Positions 57,866-64,000 of a DNA stretch of 64,000 nt are shown piece by piece. Source of the stretch: Raja brachyura (lineage: Eukaryota); contig OY740794.1 in NCBI GenBank assembly GCA_963514005.1, positions 13,826,001-13,890,000 of the forward strand. The letters are read 5' to 3'. A program made the translations under genes and the position numbers. Below the pieces are notes generated by a model. It saw nothing but the letters and a program-made list of their open reading frames with translations. It ran no database searches and was not told where the DNA came from. Numbering within the stretch: position 1 is the stretch's first letter; every line of letters starts with the position of its first letter.

Positions 57866-58572
57866 TCAATAGCGGCAACTTCAGTTGAGTTATGCTCGGT
57901 AGTGGGTTATGACTCCCATTGACAAATACCCCAACATTTTCAGCAAACCCTCATGGACGTCTGCCCACATGCAAGTTATAAATCAAGACTGAAAAGTCCC
58001 TACCAACTATTTAAAGAAGTCTCATGAACAAAACAGAATCGGCAGTGACCTCTAGAGTCAGCCTGGTATATATCTTTACTGTAAATCTGAATTCTGCAGA
58101 ACAGAGCCAAACTAATAAAACGTGATCATAACAGGAGGGTGGTACTGTGTTAGAGTCATACTGAAATATATTCCTTTCTTGACAATAACTGAACTGAGCT
58201 CTGATGAAGAGAATATTTCGCAAATAACGGGACGTTGGGTTTCATGTTATAATATTTCTAAAATGTAATTACATAATCAAAACTTATATTGATCTAAGTG
58301 CATACAACATATATATTACCAGTGGACCTGGGATTTTGAAACAATCATTTCATTCACACTGAATAGAATCCGAACAAGTCCAAAGCAGAAAAAGAAAGAT
58401 TCAATAAGATGGCATGATACTTTATCAGTCCGACAGAAAATAATCATGTCATCCTAATTTTAATTTGTTAAACATATCTAAAATAGCTGAGAACTCAATG
58501 GAGAGGCAAGGTAGGTGAGCTGCTCCTTTAATGGAGAGTGCAGATGAGATTTCACATTGGATTCAAATACAG

Positions 58573-58858
58573 AGTTTAGTGTAGTTCAAAGATACAGCGC
58601 AGAAACAGGCCCTTTGGCCCACCAAGCGCACGCCGACCCCTACACTAATACTATCCCACACACTAGGGACAGTTTACAAATTTACCCAGCCAATTAACCT
58701 ACAAACCTGCAAGCCTTTGGAATGTGAAAGGCAAGTGGAGCACCCGGAGAAAACCCACGCAGAAGGAACAAACTCCGTACAGACAGCACCTTTAGTCAGG
58801 ATCGAACCCAGGTCTCCGGCCCTGCAAGGCAGCAACTTTACTGCCTCGCAACCATGCT
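58573..58858 (-). mobile_element. HE1-type SINE
   Basis: gatacagcgcagaaacaggccctttggccc...caggatcgaacccaggtctc. Confidence 0.85.
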
Positions 58859-58899
58859 GAGCAAGTCAACTTTTTTTTTTACAAACCAGAAATATATAA

Positions 58900-58936
<37 letters not shown>

Positions 58937-59124
58937 ATCAGAACCTTTCAGAAGTGGCTGCACCACTTCAGTGAAGGGGTTTTGATTGGAACATTTAGCG
59001 ATGAGTGCTGTGGAAATAAAACTGTGGATGTAGGAATTCACTCTCATATATATGTGACGAGGGATGAGACGAGCTGCAAATACCCATCCATGACATCGGT
59101 ACAAATATACAATCCAAATTACAA

Positions 59125-59975
59125 AAAAAATAATGGAGTTGTGAATAGTAAGGAAAGTTGTCAAAGGATACAGCTGGGTAGAGATGAATTGGAAATATGG
59201 GCAGAAAAAATGGCAGATGGAGTTTAATCCGTAAAGTGTGAGATGGTGCACTTTTGCTGGTAAAATGGAAGTAGAAAATATACAGTTAATGGAAGGACTC
59301 TTTGTAGTATTGATATAAAGAGTGATCTTAGGATAAAGTCCATAGCTCACTGAAAGTGGCAACATAAGTAGATAGGGTGGTAAATAAAGTGTACAAACAG
59401 CATGCTTGTTTTCATTGGTCGGGCCAGTGAGCCTGCAAGTCGGGAAGCCATGTTGCAGCTGTATAAAACTTTTGTCAGGCCATATTTGGAGTAATGTTTG
59501 CCACATTACAGAAAGGTTGGGCAGTTTTTGGAGAGGGTGCAGAAGAGTTCAGCAGGATGTAGCCTGGATTAGAGAGTATTTGCTATAAAGGAGAGGTTGG
59601 ACAAACTTGGATTGTTTCCTCTAGAGTTTTGGAGGCTGTGAGGTTCCCTAACAGAAGTATATAAAATGTTGAGAGGCATACATAAGGTTGAGAGTTTATC
59701 TCAGGATTGAAATTTTAAGTGCTGAAGTATAGATTTAAGGAGTGAGGTGGGAAAGAGATGTGACAGGCAAGCTTTTTATTACACAGAGAGTGATAGGTCC
59801 CTATCAGGGAGAGTGGTGGAAGCGGATACGATAGTGACATTTAAGATGTAGTTAGGCAGGTACCCGAACAGGCAGGAAATTGAAGAATATGCAGGCAGAT
59901 GGCATTAGTTTCATTTGGCATCATGGTCAGCGCAGATGTCATAGATTAAAGGGCCTGTTCCTGTGCTCAGTTATG
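59125..59975 (+). mobile_element. CR1 LINE 3' fragment (degenerate RT C-terminus)
   Basis: GVVNSKESCQRIQ..WQMEFNP*KCEMVHF, LQLYKTFVRPYLE, ERLDKLGLFPLE. Confidence 0.85.
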
Positions 59976-60427
59976 ATAAAGTTTGTCTCAATATTAATTT
60001 GAGTTTGGTTGAGTCCTGGAACAGATGCCAGCAGCGGATGGAACCAGTGTCCCTGGCACCATGTTTGTGCAGTTGGCCGAGGACAACAGCTTTTGTCATC
60101 CTAACATCTAAATGGAGGGCATTGGTTTTCATCAAATACTGGACATTAGGGCAGCAGTGTGATTATTCGGAGACCATGGGGAAAATGCTGGCGAGATAGA
60201 ATTTAGCACTGAGAGTGTATGTGTTGATGCGACATTGTATAGATGGGAAAAATCAGATGTAAGAAAAGACTGAGTTGGTTCAGAGGCACAAAGGTCTAAA
60301 TTGACCTGCCATCATGATTCCTGATGAGACCGTTCAGATTTCAGAGACAGAGTCAAGTGGAAGCTGAGGTGGGGATTTCACCTTGCTCAAGACCATACCA
60401 TTATCCTTTCTCCTTTCATCAACCTTT

Positions 60428-60548
60428 CTGAAGAAGGACCCAAAACGTCACCCTTTCCTTCCCTCCAGAGATGCTGCTGTCCCGCTGAATTACTCCAGCA
60501 TTTTGTGTCTATCTTCAATGTAAACCAGCATCTGCAGTTCCTTCCTAC
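60428..60548 (+). mobile_element. PLE-terminus fragment with shortened hammerhead stem II
   Basis: ctgaagaaggacccaaaacgtcaccc...catctgcagttccttcctac. Confidence 0.75.
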
Positions 60549-61134
60549 TCATCCTTTTTCTTTCCTTCTTTCTATCCTAACTTTTAGCCCTATGAACATT
60601 CACTGGAATGCTGAAGTACACACACAAGAGGAAGGATTTCAAGTTCCTCTGCTTCTGAAAATACCAAGCGAGTTTTGAATGAAAGTCAGTGATAGTGTTG
60701 CCCCTCATTTTCCACCTTGTTGCTATTTGTTCGATACAATTCCTTGGCCTAGAATCGCTGCCCTTAAAAGGCAACTGGAAAAAAAGGGGCTATTTAGGAA
60801 CTAGATTGGTCCGCAAAAATAATGAAAACGACATCAACACATGTGTGTACTGGCCTTTAGTCCATACACTACACCTCCCATTATATCTCCCAGGTGGTTA
60901 TTCTGCACACACTGCTAGCTGTGTTTGTAAATAGCGTGAAGCATACTTATTGGCTCTTGTACATGCCATGTACAATACTGGAAGCAGCATAGGTTACACT
61001 TTTCTTTTATGTCCCCGGTGTTGAAGCTGTTATCTTAGCTCAGCATCCTATGCCATTCATTACAGTATTGGTACAGGATAAGGAAAAGCTCGCTTCTGAC
61101 CTTCCATTGGTAATCATTACCCTGCAGAGAAATA

Positions 61135-61310
61135 CCATAAGACCATAAGACATACAAGCAGAACTTGGCCATTCGGCCCATCGAGTCTGGTCCACCATTC
61201 GATAGTGACTGATCTATTTTTTCCCTCAACCCTATCCTCCTACCTTCTACCAGTAAATGTGGACACCTTTACTAGTCAAGAACATACCAATCTCCACTTT
61301 AAAAATACCA
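61135..61310 (-). mobile_element. CR1 LINE 3' tail
   Basis: (accataag)2 followed by ggccattcggcccatcgagtctggtccaccattc. Confidence 0.75.
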
Positions 61311-61771
61311 ACTCCATAGAAGAGAGGTGCTAGGGCCAAATGGACACTGTTGACTTCAGCTAGATGAGTGCACACAACAATGTCTTGTGCTACAATCATT
61401 TCATCTGAAGCTCTTCTTTAGGCGCTTGTTATTATTCAGATAGCAATTATTGATTGGACATGGCAAGGCCAAGGGGGATGTTCAAAAACGATGTAAATGA
61501 TAATAGCGGAATTATTAGTAACAACTCATGTCTGAAAGCTAAAAGAGGTAATGGTCTGAAATTGTTGATCTCATTGTTTGACCCCAAACTGCTAGACATG
61601 GACAAGTGCTGAACCTTAAGCCTTGTCAGGAGGCAGAGGACAGGGAGGCCAGAGTGATATTGGGGTGGAGAGCTGGAAAGGCAAAGGAATCTTAAGGCTA
61701 CATTTGCAGACTAAATGGCAAAGTTCTGCAAAATGTAATTAAAGTGCATGGAACTGAATTTATGAAGAGGA

Positions 61772-62010
61772 GTGTGTACGAGGGAACTGCAGAGGCTGGT
61801 TTACAGTGAAGAAAGACATAAAATGCTGGAGTAACTCAGCAGGATAGGCAGCATCTCTGGAGAAGAGGAATGGGTGACGTTTCAGTTCGAGGCTCTTCTT
61901 CAGAGGCGTACCATGCACAGCACTGCATGACACAAAAAGCTGGAGTAACTCAGCGGGACAGGCAGTATCTCTGGATAGAAGGAAGGGGTGACGTTTTGGG
62001 TCCTTCAGAA
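61772..62010 (-). mobile_element. Two tandem PLE-terminus fragments
   Basis: gtgtgtacgagggaactgcag...gggtgacgtttcagttcgaggctcttcttcag and gacacaaaaagctggagtaactcagcggg...gggtgacgttttgggtccttcag. Confidence 0.78.
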
Positions 62011-64000
62011 AGGATGATGAAAGGAGAAAGGACGATGGTATGATCTCTGGAGAGAATGTGCAATACCGCATTATTGCGCAAAAAGTCGGAGATGAATTTC
62101 TTGCTCAATATCTGACATGCAGGAACAATGCGGAGGGAGTGGTGCATCATTGGAAGTGCTTGGTTTCAGAGCGGCTAACTTGCACTATCATCTCCCCTTC
62201 CAGTTAAATGGAAGAGACCTTATGGGCCAGTGTAAAGAAAAGCGAGTGAGCTCCCTCTATGTTCTGGCCAAATTCACCAAGAGCTTTGTAGATTACCATT
62301 GCTATTTATAACATTGCAATTTACTTGAACATTTACAATTTCTCTGAAGCATTTGTCTACAACACCAGAGTGGTTACATTTTAAAGGTAATTAGTTGACT
62401 TCGAAGCGTGTTTATATATGTTGTGTGGTTGAGCGAATCTATACCAATGCCTGTTTTTTTTAAAACCACAGAAGTTGCTTGTTAATCGTCTGATGGGACC
62501 AAAATCTGAATAAAGTTCTGATGCAACCTTTTTAATCTAGGAAACGTTGATTTTGTTACCTGTAACACTTATTGACAACCACGTCTTCTGCTGCTAATTT
62601 TATCCTTAAGCTTTATTGTACCTAGCAGACTGGTTCACTGATTTGAACATTTGAAATGAAAAGAAATCTCGTTTTCTATTAAGTGAAACCACAACCAGTT
62701 ATTCTAATTGGCCTAACAATTACAGTATGGGCCTCAGGGGGAACTATTCCACAAATGTCTTCTCCCATTAGTGTCAACAGTTACACCAATCTGATTACAT
62801 CCACATCAAGGAGGAGCAATTCTCATTTTTCTATAATGATTACTTACCTCATTTAATCATTGGGAAAAATAAACAATTTAACTGTCAAAGTTAAACACTG
62901 GAGAAGATTCTAATCAACAAGATATTCACAAAGACTTCTTTGTCGTTAAATTCAATCGCATGAGTTTCAAATGAAAAGCGCAGAATTTGACTGAAAATTA
63001 TTTAAAACTTAGATAAGTATTTTAAAGCTATGGATTTATCAACAACTTTTGCAACCAAAAAAAAATTGCAATCTCTAAATAAGTTTTATTCACAAACATG
63101 CGGACGGACCAGCTACACGTTTATAGCATTTTAAAACGTTTTTAAAATTTAATTTTCCAGCACCCGACAATAGCAAACAGGAGAACAATTGTTAATATAT
63201 TTCCAAGATGATAACAATTTTAAAGGTTGGATGTGTTCCAGGCAGATTACCAAACCAAACTAATCAAACTCCTTGGGTAATTGTTTCATTATCAATTGAT
63301 CTAAACATAGTATTAACAGCTTACCAAAATATTTAGGGACAAATTACATAATCAAACTTTACCAATTTTAAGGACTTCCATGTCAAACTGATCCAAATGC
63401 CTCCACATTATGAACGGCATCTACAAATAAAATAACTCCAAAGCTACCAATAACTTGACACTAAAGGTTTCTGAACATAACAACTTTATCCACATTTACT
63501 CATTCCAAATGCAATAAAAAGTTTCATACTTTTAGGAATTATCAACTTCAGTATTAAAAAAATCAGTATTAATCACTATTCATTATGCACCCATTTACTC
63601 CAAGTTCATCAATAATCCACAACAAATATCACCAAACACCACATAAGAACAATATGGAAATATAAAAGCATCTTTGTTCAAAAGCATTTCACAGGGTATT
63701 AGTCTTGAATTGTAGTCACCCCTGATATTCAGACATAACAGGCATTTACACACAGCAAGTTCCTAAATACTACAAAAATATTTAAAAAACAGCTCATGTG
63801 ATTTGTTTATGTGGGTTGAGGGATCATTTCGGTAAATTTGTTATCATTTAATCTGGAAAAGACAATGGGTTTTGAAAAGGAAACACAATATTAGCAGTGG
63901 GGTTTAAGTTACTGCTAATGATGCTAAAATGACAAGACAGCAATTCTAAATTGAACCATCAATTCAAAATACTCCAAAAATGATTTTCAAATCCACATTG

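Noticed and set aside
58838-59506. 222-aa minus-strand ORF
   Set aside because: Antisense to a CR1 relic and runs through a (TA)n microsatellite.
19000-64000. Search for the upstream MDS1 coding exon or another host gene
   Set aside because: No recognisable exon seen; consistent with the very long MDS1-to-EVI1 intron, although small exons could be missed by eye.

Overview
Vertebrate genomic DNA, most likely from a cartilaginous fish (skate or ray), judged by HE1-type V-SINEs, shark-type CR1 LINEs and abundant Penelope-like elements (PLEs). The window is almost entirely intronic or regulatory sequence of the minus-strand MECOM (MDS1-EVI1/PRDM3) locus. Only one host coding exon was recognised: 14765-14896, minus strand, part of the PR/SET domain, equivalent to EVI1 exon 2. 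Upstream of it lie a CpG-rich putative EVI1 promoter (~17.4-19.0 kb), a strong CTCF motif (21596-21609) and a transposon-poor, CpG-rich domain extending to ~34.8 kb. The flanks are dense with retroelements and PIF/Harbinger-like MITEs. The most striking non-gene signal is about 20 short PLE-terminus elements. Many carry a minimal hammerhead ribozyme core (CUGAAGA...GAAACGUC), are often folded back into palindromes, and several are flanked by 11-16 bp target-site duplications. Nearly all ORFs in the supplied track are TE remnants or chance ORFs. Repeat boundaries are read by eye and are approximate unless TSDs are quoted.
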